Shown: piece after piece, positions 51,555-64,000 of the stretch | How positions within the stretch are numbered: the first letter of the stretch is position 1 | How the letters are laid out: every line of letters starts with the position of its first letter | Source: Octopus vulgaris | Lineage: Eukaryota | Direction of reading: 5' to 3' | Length of the DNA stretch: 64,000 nt | Assembly (NCBI GenBank): GCA_951406725.2 | Contig: OX597830.1 | Coordinates: 42,780,001 to 42,844,000, forward strand | The notes under the pieces: generated by a model | What the model saw: only the letters and a program-made list of their open reading frames with translations | Database searches by the model: none | What the model was told of the DNA's origin: nothing | Translations under genes and position numbers: made by a program

Positions 51555-52980
51555 TATTTCATCAAATTAGCCATAAAGGTTTTACATAGAGGGGCCACTA
51601 TAACACATGGGGACATATAACAACTAAAAATATATAAAAATAAAATATATTATGAATGATGCATGAAAATGAACATGAAAAACAAATTAAAACATGCATG
51701 GTAGTTGAAAATGAAAATATGAAGCGTGTGCTACTCACCCTACACTGAGCAACACCACTCGCTGCCTCTAAGTCCTAATTTCCCTTTAGTCTCTTTTCCT
51801 GTTCCACTATCGCTCCATGACTGCACTCTCTTGTAACCCTTTTCATTGGGGGAGGGGTCTTCTAAATTCTGAGGTGTCTGCTCTTTTTTGTTTTTTTTTC
51901 CTGTGGGGAAGTGGGATGGGTGGGTTTGGTGTCTGTATGGAGAGGGTGGGTCTGAGTGGTCTTGGGTGGGATGGAGTTGGACTGGGGTACCACATCATAC
52001 TCAGTGTTCTTTCTTTTTTTTCTCTTCTTTCTACTCTGTTATTCTCCATTCTTCCTCCTTTCCTCTGTCTATCTTTTCTTCCTCTCTTTTCTCTTCCGTC
52101 TCCACAGCTGTTTCCTCTACTATTGTCCTCTGTAGAGGCAGTATGCTCTGATATGGCCCTTTTATCCACATTTAAAACAATGTGGTTCTCTACCCTCTAC
52201 CCACACTCTCAGCACAATTTCCCCCAATGTCAACATCTCTGCCAAACTCTCCATTTATCCCTCCTCCATCTGTATAATTAATTCCAATGTCTTCCCTTTC
52301 CAACCTTCTTCCTCCGTCTCTGTGGCTTGAAAGACAGCAACTTTGTCCTCACTTCCAACAAGGACAGCCTCCGCCACCCAAACCACTTCTATATCAGGTG
52401 GGGTTGCTTCTACCCTTACCTTGGAAGTCTTTCTTCCAAGGTATGTGGGCAGAAGCACTACATCCTCTGTTTTCACCGCCACACTCGCCAGCCTCCATGC
52501 CTCCCCTACTGTCTTAAATTGGATGACCATCGTCCCATATCTCCTTCCTTTGGTTATATATGTCACGTCCTTTGACCGCTCCCTTAGTGCCCTTTCTGTT
52601 TCAGCTTCCACCTGCGCAACCTTTTTTCCTTTTAAAGAGAACACCTTATAGGTGATTGTTTTTCTCTCCATCCACTCCATAATTCCTTTGGGGGGACAAC
52701 AACCTCATGTCACCTCCCACCTTCTGTACCATCTTCTCATACTCCTTTGAACCAGCCAAGTCCAGCTCCCTTCGCTTCATCTCTGTGGCCTTAGCAAAAC
52801 TCCTTGTCTTTTCCAGTACTCCGTCCATCTTTATGACCACCCTTACCAGCTCCTCCTCTGCTAAAGACAACTCTGACCCGCTAAAGTCTGAGTACATTGT
52901 CTCTACCTTCAAAGCAGCACAAAAAACGTCTGACTCACACAAAAACAACAAACCAAATGCACCCTGTCTGACGAATGCAC
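51555..52980 (-). mobile_element. ORF1-only non-LTR retroelement (L1/Tx1-type ORF1 with CCHC knuckle), HAL1-like
   Basis: 15-bp TSD GGAAGCAAGCTTCTT (51540-51554 and 52981-52995) splits a SINE. Frameshifted ORF MYSDFSGS...RRYGTMVIQFKT...LLPTYLGRKTSKVRV, then HCFKCG*KGHIRAYC at about 52137-52185. No RT or EN. AATAAA at the 3' junction. Confidence 0.75.
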
Positions 52981-53033
52981 GGAAGCAAGCTTCTTACCAC
53001 ACAGCCACTCCTGTATCTATGCATGCATGTATG

Positions 53034-53085
<52 letters not shown>

Positions 53086-53422
53086 AACATACGACAAGCT
53101 TCTTTCAGTTTCCATTTACCAAATCCACTCACAAGGCTTTGATCAGCCCAAGGCTATAGTAGAAGACACCTTCCCGAGGAGCCAGGCATTGGAACCATGT
53201 GGTTGGGAAATAAACTACTTACTACACAGCTATTTCAACAGAATAAAAGTCACTTTTGTCTATGTTTGCATAAAAATCGTATGACTGAAGTGATTTCTTT
53301 GTGAACTCAATCATGGTGAGTTGGATTGCAGCTGTGGTTATACAATCTACACGACTTTATTCTTTTACCAAACTGGATTTATCTTCATCAGATATAATAC
53401 TATGTCAACCAAAATAAACATA

Positions 53423-53819
53423 GGCGTAGGAGTGGCTGTGTGGTAAGTTGCTTGCTTACCAACCACATGGTTCCAGGTTCAGCCCCACTGCGTGGCACCT
53501 TGGGCAAGTGTTTTCTACTATAGCCTTGGGCCGACCAAAGCCTTGTGAGTGGATTGGGTAGATGGAAACTGAAAGAAGCCCATCGTATATATGTATGTAT
53601 ACGTGTGTGTGTATGTTTGTGTGTCGGTGTTTGTCCTCCCAACATCGCTTGACAACTGATGCTGGTGTGCTTACATCCCCATAACTTAGTTGTTTGGCAA
53701 AAGAGACCGATAGAATAAGTACTAGGCTTCCAAAGAATAAGTCCTGGGGTCGATTTGCTCGACTAAAGGTGGTGCTCCAGCATGGCCACAGTCAAATGAC
53801 TGAAACAAGTAAAAGAGTA
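53423..53819 (+). mobile_element. Full-length tRNA-derived SINE (GGAGTGGCTGTGTGGTAAG family)
   Basis: A box TGGCTGTGTGG, B-box-like GGTTCAGCCCC, internal (TA/TG)n, and tail ...GACTGAAACAAGTAAAAGAG. More than 12 relatives occur in the window (e.g. about 1225, 4055, 18520, 22020, 27757, 33730, 40545, 50030, 60770). Confidence 0.85.
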
Positions 53820-54149
53820 TTTCATCTAAGACAATACAATACAAAATGAAGAAAACTCTCTACTCCAGGTTCAATGGAATAACCTGCTTTAGAATTTCAG
53901 TTGACTTCAAGGCTGCTTTTTGGTAATGCAGTCATTATTTTTTGTACACATAAGAATAATGACAATTTTTTTTAAAGATAAAAGATTTACTATCTAGCAT
54001 AATGCTTTGTTAAAAGGCAAAGGTTTTAGCTGGTATAAAAAAAGTTTAGAGTCCAAGGTACAAATACAGAACCACTAAGTAGTATGTAACTACAATGGCG
54101 AATGAAGTACATCTGACAAAAATTGATATTATTTACTATTTATTTATTG

Positions 54150-54490
54150 TAAAAATGATTCCATTCAATGTTTCCCAGTGACTCATGCTCTTCACATCCC
54201 ACCAGGCACAAACCATAAGCTTCTTTTGATGCAGGTAGGCTTTTGCCTGAGGACGTGCACTCTTGTCTGTCCAGCTTCTTTTACAGGTTATGTTTGAGTA
54301 CAGACACCATTTCTCATCTGCAGTAACCACTTTGTTCAGCCTATCAAAATGATGCTTCTTGGACTATAATGTCCTGCAGGCATCTATACTGTGTTGACAG
54401 TTGAAGTCAATCAGTTTACGTGAGAGCTATACATTCAGTTTGCTGACTCTGCCCATTTCCTCCAAGTGATGTGAAATGGCTATATGGTTG
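54150..54490 (-). mobile_element. mariner transposase remnant
   Basis: VTADEKWCLYSN (first catalytic D motif, TGDEKW-like) and HQKKLMVCAWWD. Truncated. Confidence 0.8.
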
Positions 54491-55526
54491 GTTGGGATCT
54501 GAACTCAGACTGTTGCTGTATGTAAATATTACTTAAAGGCATTTTGTCCTGACCTCTACTATATTGCCAGTCATTGCTCCAACTGAGATGAAATTGCCTC
54601 ACTTAATCATTAGTCACAGAAAATAAAGACGAAGATAGCAAATTACATAGAATTTCATTTGATGTCCTTATTCTGTTACGTAACTAAAAGAAAGAGTAAC
54701 AAAAGAAATTACTGAATGAAAAAGAAAGGAAATGTTTCTATTGATAATTGGTCAATTTTTGAATGCATTTTGCACTACTACCTAGTGTAGCAATCAATAT
54801 CTTAAAGAAATTATGTTGATATGTTTTTTATGTACACAAATGTAATTCAATTAAGGTTAACTTTGCCTTTCATCCTTCCAAATATCTATAAAATAAAGTA
54901 TTAATGAAATACTGGGGTCCTTTTAATATTCCTATAAGGCATCATAGATGTGAATGGAATTATGATGAAAGAAGTGGTAGTTTGCATCAACACTTCCATA
55001 TTTGGAAGGATGGATTTCTCGTATGGTAACCATACATCATATCTAAGTTTTACAGCCATTGAATTTTCCTGAAAGCAATTTAAATTGATAGCAAATTTAC
55101 TTTACACATAATAATAAAGAAAAAAATGTATCTCGAATTCATGAAAAAAAGACCCATTTTCTTTTATGATTGCAACTAACCTGGCCTGAAAATAGCAATT
55201 CTCTCTGATTTTTACTTTTTTTTTCAGTTAAAATGTTCTGTGAAAGTTCAATAATGTTGCAATAAACAGTAAGATGTATCTAGTTTTATAATTAATGCTG
55301 CAGAATGATTGATTATTGATGTTAGTAGTTACAACAATTTTTCTGAGATCAAGACTTTTGCCAAAATCAAATCTCATAAATAAAGCTGAGGGTACTGACA
55401 AAACAGAAGAAATTAGTCAATAAGCTTAGAAAATGGTGAAATTGGTCAAAACACTAAAATTTATAACATATTTTTCTCATATTTTACACCAACTTTTCAT
55501 ATTACAAGCTGAGGGAACCTCTAAAT

Positions 55527-55824
55527 CAGTGATTTTCAACAGGAGACTGTATGGCCCTTGGGGGTCCATGTGGCCCTTTGAGGTTCATATACCCCTTTGG
55601 GGTTTGTATGGCTCTTGGGAGTCCATATAAAATTTTGTTAAAATTTATGTGCAATAAATTGGTTACACTTCTATAATACACAAAATTTTTGTATACAATT
55701 TCTTATAATATTTAAGTATAAAAATATAATGGGATTTTTTAAAATATTGAATGGCTATGAGGGTTCACCTGAGTAAAATAGGAATCGAAGGGGTCCATAG
55801 GTAAAAAATGGTTGTGAACCACTG
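55527..55824. mobile_element. hAT-type MITE
   Basis: CAGTGATTTTCAAC...GTTGTGAACCACTG. TSD CTCTAAAT/TTCTAAAT (7/8). Confidence 0.8.
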
Positions 55825-56649
55825 TTCTAAATGGTCATCTAGCTTGCTTAAAAAAAAAGGCAACAAAATCTTGCATCACATTTCTCTGTCATAAAAAGGA
55901 AAGGATATTTTGGATAGTGCACAGAAAAATAGATTAGATGTTCATCACTTGAATACTTTTGATCACAGTTTTGCTTGATCATTGCTAACTTGGGTATAAA
56001 CAACAACTTTTAAATCATTTATTTGTATTTCTCTTCATAATAGTTCATTATCATAAATTGTTAATTATTTACAACAATTTGACAAAATACAGAGTATCAG
56101 ATTAAATATCTTCTAGTATTTTGATTCATCCATCAACATTCTGAAATTTAATCTGATGAGGATCAACATAACATTTACCTTTCTCAGTTGTATCATTGAA
56201 ATAAGTATAAGTTATATATATTCTGTGTTTGGTTGGTTCAACTGACAACATGCAGCTTTGGTGTAAATTAATCTCATAGCTCATCAAGAGAAATCAGTTA
56301 TCCTGGAAGGTGATTTTGAACTAATGAATTGTTTATTGAGCTTGAAAAGTTGGCCCAAGTCAGTACCTCTTCCAACATGGCCAAACTTTTGTACTGTATA
56401 TGGAATGTTGAAGCATGTCTGAAAAGTGATGATTTAATAATTACTTATTGATGCTATCCATTTACTATTTAGCACTTAAATATATCATATTCAACCTGCT
56501 TTACATTCAAACTGGCCAGATCTGGCCTCTCACACCTACTTTACAATGTCATATACAATTTTATTATTGAAATCTCAATGCTATGAGATGATGCAAGATT
56601 AATTGAAAATGTTGCAAATAGAGAAGCATTATATTTGACAGAGAAATCA

Positions 56650-57770
56650 TCATCATCATCATTTAATGTCTGTTGTCCATGCTGGCATGGGTTGGATGGT
56701 TTGACTGGGCTGGCACACTGGAAGGCTGCACCAGGATCCAGTCTGATTTGGCATGGTTTTCTATGGCTGAATGCCCTTCCTAATGCCAACCACTCTGAAA
56801 GTGTAATAGGTGCTTTTACATACTGCCAGCAGGGGTGCCATTTGCATGGCACTAGTATCTGCCATGACCACAATTTTGCTCAGCTTGCTGGGTCTTCTTC
56901 TCAAGCACGACATAATGCTAAAGGTATTAGTCATTGCTTCCACGAGGCCCAACACTTGAAAGGAACTCAGCCACTTTGCCTCCATGAGGCCCAACACTCA
57001 TAAGGAACTCAGTTATCTTGCCTCCATGAGGCCCAACACTCAAAAGGAACTCAGCCACTTCAAAGGCCAATGTTCAAAGGTTGATTTTTTTTATGTCCCA
57101 CCAGCACAAGTGCACTTGGCTTGATGGGTCCTCTTAAGCAGAGCACATTGCCAAAGGTCTAGATCACTAGTCACTGCCTCTGTGAGGTTCAAAGTTCGAA
57201 GATCATGCTTCATCACCTTGTCCCATATCTTCCTGGGTCTACCTCTATCACAGGTTTCCTCCACAGTTAGAGATTGACACTTCTTTACACAGCTGTCCTC
57301 ATACATAAGCATCACATGACCATACCGGCGCAATCGTCTCACTTGCACACAACATCTGATTCCACTTATGCCTGACTTTTTTCTCAAGATGCTTACACTC
57401 TGTCAAACATGCACACTGGTATTGCACATCCAGCGAAGCATATTGGCTTCGTTTTTCTCAATCCTACACATGTCCTTGGCTGTTATAGCCCATGCTTCAC
57501 TGCCATTCAGGATGGCTGTTTGCACACAGGCATCAAACAATCTGCCTGTCACTCTAAGAGAGAGGCCCTTGTTGCCAGTAGGGGTAGGAGCTCTCTGAGC
57601 TTTGCCCAGCCTAATCTTATTCTCACAACTATGCTCTTGGAACAACCACCTCCACTACTAACCTAGTCGCCTAGATACCGGAAGCTATCTACTACCTCTA
57701 GCTTGTTTCCCTGGCAATTGATGGAGTCTATTTTCTGCACATGTTTAGCATTTATTATGCTTGTGCTAAA
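56650..57770 (-). mobile_element. RTE-type LINE 3' fragment containing an internal 42-bp tandem repeat
   Basis: FRYLGD...LRVTGRLFDACVQTAILNGSEAW...RRLRRYGHV...GRPRKIWDKV, followed by the 3'UTR. About 3.5 copies of TGCCTCCATGAGGCCCAACACTCAAAAGGAACTCAGCCACTT at 56935-57075. Confidence 0.8.
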
Positions 57771-58593
57771 TCTGAATGCTAAAAGGTTAAACATTTCCTG
57801 TGGCCAGTTAGAAGTATTCACTATTCTGTCTGAGAGTAAATAACAATATATAGGAAAGACTTCTCATTTTGGTGTCCAATCTTCTATGCTTGCTTAGGTC
57901 AGACAAAGTTTGTTGAGGCAGATATTATATGACGTGAGGGATGGTCTTCCTGTTGCCAACCCTTATGTGCTTCCAAACAAGGTAATATTTCCTTTAGTCC
58001 TCCAAACACAAACAACATAATGGCCAGCCATATTTTCACAGGTGATTGTAAATGAACAGTACCCACTTGTAAGATGGGAATGCTCATCCACAACAAGTTT
58101 GTGATATCAAGATAAGGAGTGACAAACACATGCATGTACAATTTTCTCCTGAGACTATTTCCACAATGAAAGGTCTCCCCATGTCCAAACATATACAAAC
58201 ATGTTAAATATGACTTTATATGAATAGGTCTATTCAACATTGCTTTGTGCACATGTGGTTGATTAATTCTTGCTTGACCAAGCTTTATGGACATCTGCAA
58301 ATGTACTATTTACTGTTCTTATATAAGAACAACTGTTCTTATACGGCTGTGAAACACTGATTTGGTATTCGTAGATGAAGCATAACAACATAGAAACACA
58401 TGAATCCTATAATCTGATAATGTCATATGTCTTTTGTAGCCTGATGTATTTTCACACATTGTTTGAAGAGAAGTTTCTTCCTAGCAAAAGGTCTTCCTGT
58501 GTATGAGTACATCTGAACATGTTAACTATGATTGTATATGCATGTATTTTATTCAACACTTTTTCATGCTCATCCAGTTAATTCCTCTCTCTC

Positions 58594-58639
<46 letters not shown>

Positions 58640-58640
<1 letters not shown>

Positions 58641-59400
58641 CTACTACCTCTGTTAGTAACAAAGAGTCTCTCCCTCAGAGTGTATGATGCCTGTGTACAT
58701 AGAGCTATGCTATATAGCAGAGAGATATGGTCTGTGACTACTGATTATATGCAAAGGTTTGAAAGAAATGGAACCAGCATGCTCCGCTGGATGTGTAGTG
58801 TCAATATGCATATATGACATAGTGTAAGTAATTTGAGAGATAAACTGGGTATACAAGACATCAGATGCAGTGTGAAAGAGAGAAGACAGCACTAGTATGG
58901 TTATGTAGTGCATATGAATGAAGATATTTGCATCAAAAGGTGCCAATCTCTAACTGAAGAGGGAATATGTGGAAGGGGTAGACCCAAGAAGATGTGGGAC
59001 AAAGTGGTAAGAATAGATCTACAAATGTTGGGACTCACAGAGGAGATGGCAGGGGACTGAGACTCCTGGCTGTTTGCTTTGCTTGAAAAGACACATCAAT
59101 CTTAGTAAAGGCATGGTTGCCCTTGCATACAGGATCATCCCCTGCAGCCTTCTCCAGCTAAGCATCCCTAATCTTGCAGGCTCATAAGTGTTGGTGTCAC
59201 ATAAACAGCACCCATGCCAGTGCCGCATAAAAGCTACCAGTACACTCTGTAAAGTGGTTGGCATTAGGAAGGGCATCCAGCCATAGAAACCATGCCAAAA
59301 CAGACAATTGGGACCTGGGCAGTTCTTCAGCTGGTCAGCTCCTGTCTATCCATCCAACCCATACCAGCATAGAAAATGGACGTTAAATGATGATGATGAT
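58640..59400 (+). mobile_element. RTE-type LINE 3' fragment with (GAT)n tail
   Basis: MLRWMC...GRPKKMWDKV remnants plus the shared 3'UTR. Confidence 0.75.
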
Positions 59401-61525
59401 AATATATATAAATAAATGGGCTTCTTTCAGTTTCCAGTTACCACATCAATTCACAAGTCTTTGTTTAGCCTGCGGCAATAGTAGAAGACATTTGCCCATG
59501 GCATTGTACAGTGGGACTGCATCTGAAACCACACAACCATGCCTTGTCATTTTTTCTTCTTTAACATTAAAGGAGTTCAGGTTATATAGCAAGTATATTG
59601 AAGTATACTTGCTAGAAATAGTAGACAAAATCCCTCAAATCACACATTATTGTTTTAAAATAGGAATTACACATTGGCTGATGTAATCTAGAGGTGTGTC
59701 TAAAAAAAAAAAAAAAGATGGAATAATCACAGCTGGAATGCTTTCAGTCATGGTTCTACTTGGTCATGGTTGACTCTAGGTTTAATAACATTTCTACATT
59801 ACAGTACATATTGCTGTTGTAACCATGCAGTTCCTGATCAGTCGTGTTTGAGTAGATTTTTGACTGAAAGTGTTTAGCCATGGCCATCCTCTCTTTGTGT
59901 TACTGGGACAACATTGGCCTATGTATTCTTCCATTTTAAAGACAACAAGGTCAGATTTGAGGGAATTTGGCTGCTATTTCTAGCAAGTTAAGAGACTGTT
60001 TAAAAGCTTCTTTGTTGGCTTTTATATATCGATATTCATTGAAGGCTGAGTGTGGGGGTGAAGGATGGCAGTGGGGTTAATTATTTACACAAAAGGATGA
60101 AGAGGTAACTGATCAATATTGTGGTGAACATATATCGAATGCAAAGGAAATAATAGTCTATAGTAGACACATTATTGGTTCTCTAAGTAGGTTGCTTTTT
60201 TTCAAACAAAGTACAACCACCAGACTGATACAATAACTCTCTCTCCTTGCCTGTTCAGTTACATCTGCCCCACCCGCTCCGCCTGTTCATCCTCTCTGGC
60301 CTATGTTTTCTCTCCAAGTAGTGAAGCAGTGAGGCATTCAAACTGATCATTAATTTAACAAATGGGAGAAATTTCTCAGGGATGCCTTCTGCTTGATAAA
60401 CATGTAATGGATCTTCTGAGTATTCAGTTGCTTGATTATCAACTGAACATCCTACTTGTTAAATTATTATGTAAGTGGTTGAGTATCCCAGTCATGTGTA
60501 CTCTTAGAATTATTCCCAAGCTGATTCAATGTGACAAAATATGTGACAAGCCTTTGGACCTTTAAATTACAACTACAATCCATCTTACTAATGTCCACAC
60601 AATTTCTGTCTACCCATTTCCACTCATAACACTTTGGTTGATTTGAGGTTACAATAAACACATTTGTCCAAGATGCCACACAATGGGAATGAACCCAGGA
60701 CCTTATGGTTTCAAGGCTTCCTAACAACTCAGCAAAAAAACAAAAAACAAAAAAAAACAACAAATCTTTATCTTTTATTTTTTACTTGTTTCAGCTTTTG
60801 GACTGTGACCATGCTGGAGTACTGCCTTGAAGAGTTTAAGTCAAACATATTGACTCCAGTACATATTTTTAAAGCCTGATACTTATTCTATTGGCCTCTT
60901 CTGTTGAACTGCTAAGTTATTGGGTTGTAAACAAACCAACACTGGTTTCAAGTGATGGTGGGGGAGACAAAGATGCATGCATATATACATACGCTTATAT
61001 ATATAAATGATGAGCTTCCACACAGTTTTCATCTCTCAAAATCCCTCACAAGGCATTGGTCAGCCTAGGGTTACAATAGAAGACACTTGCCTAGTGTTCT
61101 GCTGAGTGACACTGAACCCTAGAACCATGTAGTTGTAAAGTGAGCTTCTTAGCTACATGTTAGTGAAGAGAAATAAAATCATTAACATTGTTGATAAATT
61201 CTTGTAAAGATGGAAAAGGGAGACAAATTCAGAATCCAAATTGATTAAAAATTAAATGGACACTGTTCTTTAATGAATATGGTAACATCTCCAGACATGT
61301 TTTAATCTTATGTGACCTCTTTAGGGAAACAGCCTAACTAAGAAATATGTTAGCCACCACTTAATTATATAGTCATTAACCTGACCAACCGCATCGAATT
61401 CTTATATCCTGATCTCAGAATTTTTAAGAGTCAGACTAAGTAATAAAACAACAAAAAGACAAAGTCAATCTAAATACTTATTTGTACAATTTATGAAGAT
61501 ACGTACTTGATTTAGAAATATTTTT

Positions 61526-62530
61526 GGATCTTTGGGGTTTTTGTCACTGTTTACAATTTTGTTCCAATTGTTTTCAAATTTGGTATATGAATTAAGTTTT
61601 GTATACTAATTATGAAAAGGAAATTCATTTTCCCTATAAGTCCATAATTAAAAAGTTATGAGCCTTTAAAATTTGCAAAATTTGGGTATTTTAGCCAATC
61701 AGAAGTGAGTATTTTACATATCGCCGTAGTGAAAATTTCCAATTCCATAGTAACCAAAATAAAGAAGCATCACATGTTGCATAGCTGATTGTGAAGAACT
61801 GTTTTCCATAGAAAACAAAGATGCTGCACATGTGCACAAGGAGGAGGAGGAGATACAAGAAAAATAATTTATTTTATAAAGTCCGAGTTTAATGTTTTGA
61901 CATGGCAATGCCCTCCCTCCCCCCTGATCATAGAGAGGTAGTGAACGTGCCGTTTTCTGATTGGCTGAAAATTTTGAAAGTTGTCAAACTTTGAACACCT
62001 GTAACACTTTTGCAAGGCACAGGAGTGGCTGTGTGGTAAGTAGCTTGCTTACCAACTACATGGTTCCGGGTTCATACCTACTGCGTGGCACTTTAGGCAA
62101 GTGTCTTCTACTATAGCCTCGGGCTCACCAAAGCCTTGTGAGTGGATTTGGTAGATGGAAACTGAAAGAAGCCTGTCGTATATATGTATATATATATATA
62201 TGTATGTGTGTGTATATGTTTGTGTGTCTGTGCTTGTCCCTCCAACATCGCTTGACAACCAATGGTGGTGTGTTCATGTCCCTGTAACTTAGTGGCTCGG
62301 CAAAAGAGACCGATAGAATAAGTACTTGGCTTCCAAAGAATAAGTCCTGGGGTCGATTTGCTCGGCTAAAGGTGGTGCTCAAGTATGGCCACAGTCAAAT
62401 GACTGAAACAAGTAAAAGAGTAATAAATGAATGACAAATTTGGATTCAGCATCAAAAGTTACATCTATATGATACAAGAAAAAATTTTTTTAAAGATAAT
62501 TGTAAACAGTGACGAAAACCACAAAGATCC
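61526..62530. mobile_element. Merlin-like MITE (GGATC termini) with a nested SINE
   Basis: TIRs GGATCTTTGGGGTTTTTGTCACTGTTTACAATT / AATTGTAAACAGTGACGAAAACCACAAAGATCC. TSD ATATTTTT/CTATTTTT (7/8). Confidence 0.78.
62016..62421 (+). mobile_element. Full-length tRNA-derived SINE nested in the MITE
   Basis: Closely similar to the SINE at 53423-53819. Confidence 0.85.
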
Positions 62531-62614
62531 CTATTTTTATCCAGCAGCATAGTGATGAATTTTGAGCCAGTAGGTAAATAATTAAAAGGGATAAACAGGA
62601 GTGACTGTGTAGTA

Positions 62615-62980
62615 CCGGGGTTTCCTGAAAATCCATCCAGGGCTTAAATTGGAAAATTCTATTTTACAAAACTATTTTTTGGCTTAAATAACCATCCACC
62701 TATATTAAGCGCCCATGGGCAGTAATATGGAAATTTAATAGCACTCAATTTTTCACTAATGGTATATGATCATTCAATATATTTTGATGCATTTTCTTTC
62801 GACTCCATTATTGGGAATAAAAATCCTTTGAATTTATCTACAGATGTATAGCAAATGAATGTCTAAATAGTGCAAACAAGAACACTAACTCTGTTTCAAC
62901 TTTTAACCTCGAATAACTGCCCATCCAAATAAACGCCTATGAGCGATCTAATGGATGGGCGGATTTTCGGAAAAACCCAG
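62615..62980. mobile_element. Tc1/mariner-type MITE with TA TSD, inserted in a SINE head
   Basis: TA|CCGGGGTTTCCTGAAAATCC ... GGATTTTCGGAAAAACCCAG|TA. The flanks rejoin as SINE head GGAGTGACTGTGTAGTA-AATAGCTTGCTTACC. Confidence 0.78.
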
Positions 62981-63359
62981 TAAATAGCTTGCTTACCTAC
63001 GGCATGATTCCGGGTTCAGTTCCACTACATGGCACCTTGAGCAAGTGTCTTCTCCCATAGCCCCGGGCTGACCAAAGCCTTCAGTTGATTTGGTTGAAGG
63101 ATACTGAAAAGAAGCCTGTCATATATATATTAATAAATATCCTAGAAATAGCTATAAGACCTATCTATAAATGCTCTAATATCTACACAGCCTTGGTTTT
63201 TTGTCTTATTATGCAAAAAATTCGTATATACACATGCTGACATAGAACCAACATTGAACCCTTTATTTGCAATATTACCGAATGTGGAACTTAACTATGG
63301 TCTGTCTATAGCACTTATTCAGCATTACCTGACACCTTTGGGTCTCAATGACACCATTA

Positions 63360-63409
<50 letters not shown>

Positions 63410-63886
63410 GTATATGTTTGTGTGTCTGTGTTTGTCCCCACACCATCACTTGACAACCGATGTTGGTGTGTTTACATCCGCTGTAAATTAGTGGTTTGGC
63501 AAAAGTGACTGATAGAATAAGTACTAGGTTTACAAAGAATAAATCCTAGGATCAATTTGTTCAACTAAAGGCAGTGCTCCAGCTTGGCCACAGTCAAATT
63601 GACTGAAACAAATAAAAGAATAAAAGAAAGAAAAGAATCCCTCAATTAAATGTCCATTAATGCTATATTATCTGAAGTAATGAATCCATGAAGATGACCA
63701 ACCCAATACCCACAGATACTATGGGCTACACTGTAATTATCCTAGGAATATGGGCTGTGATATTAAGAGGCATGTGATTTTGTGAAACATACGTAGCAAT
63801 GCCTTAAGTGTTTGTAAATTTCATCCAAGGTTTATTGTTATTATTATTTTGTGTGTATGTATGTATGTATATATATATATATATAT

Positions 63887-64000
63887 AGGGAGAATTCACA
63901 CAAAAACGAAAAACAAAGACAGGTGGTGTAGACAACAAACAGATGTATTAGTTTAACGCTCGGGAAGTGAAAAAGTCTTTAACGTTTCGAGCCTGCACTC
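63887..64000 (-). mobile_element. Penelope-type terminal repeat with the 3' half of a minimal hammerhead motif (cut by window end)
   Basis: Minus strand GAG-TGCAGG-CTC-GAAAC-GTT-AAAGA gives stem II, GAAA and palindromic AACGTT. Abuts (TA)n. Confidence 0.5.

Noticed and set aside
55229-58510. Candidate downstream exons (about 55229, 56300-56420, 58440-58500)
   Set aside because: They have stops or lack consistent phase and homology, and could not be chained into a gene.

Overview
AT-rich, repeat-dense eukaryotic DNA. The tRNA-derived SINEs, RTE LINE tails ending in (GAT)n and abundant (TA)n/(GATA)n microsatellites point to a cephalopod, most likely Octopus (inference). One protein-coding gene can be fully reconstructed on the minus strand: a TMPPE-like transmembrane metallophosphoesterase with five coding exons (48413-47642, 37481-37371, 31800-31632, 27713-27574, 24198-24008; 460 aa). 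All its introns are GT-AG and in frame, and there is a probable 3'UTR intron and terminal exon near 20552. A CpG-retaining promoter with an ETS motif lies at about 48.5-48.8 kb, possibly with a divergent + strand transcript. The rest is mobile DNA: degenerate RTE and CR1 LINEs, mariner and pogo remnants, at least 8 MITEs and dozens of SINEs. Most notable are several unrelated repeats carrying Penelope/retrozyme-type hammerhead ribozyme motifs. One of these has two inverted hammerhead-bearing arms enclosing a tRNA-like Pol III cassette. There is also an ORF1-only (HAL1-like) L1/Tx1-type retroelement with a 15-bp TSD inside a SINE head. Most ORFs in the supplied track are microsatellite or repeat artefacts. 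All calls were made by eye, with no database searches.
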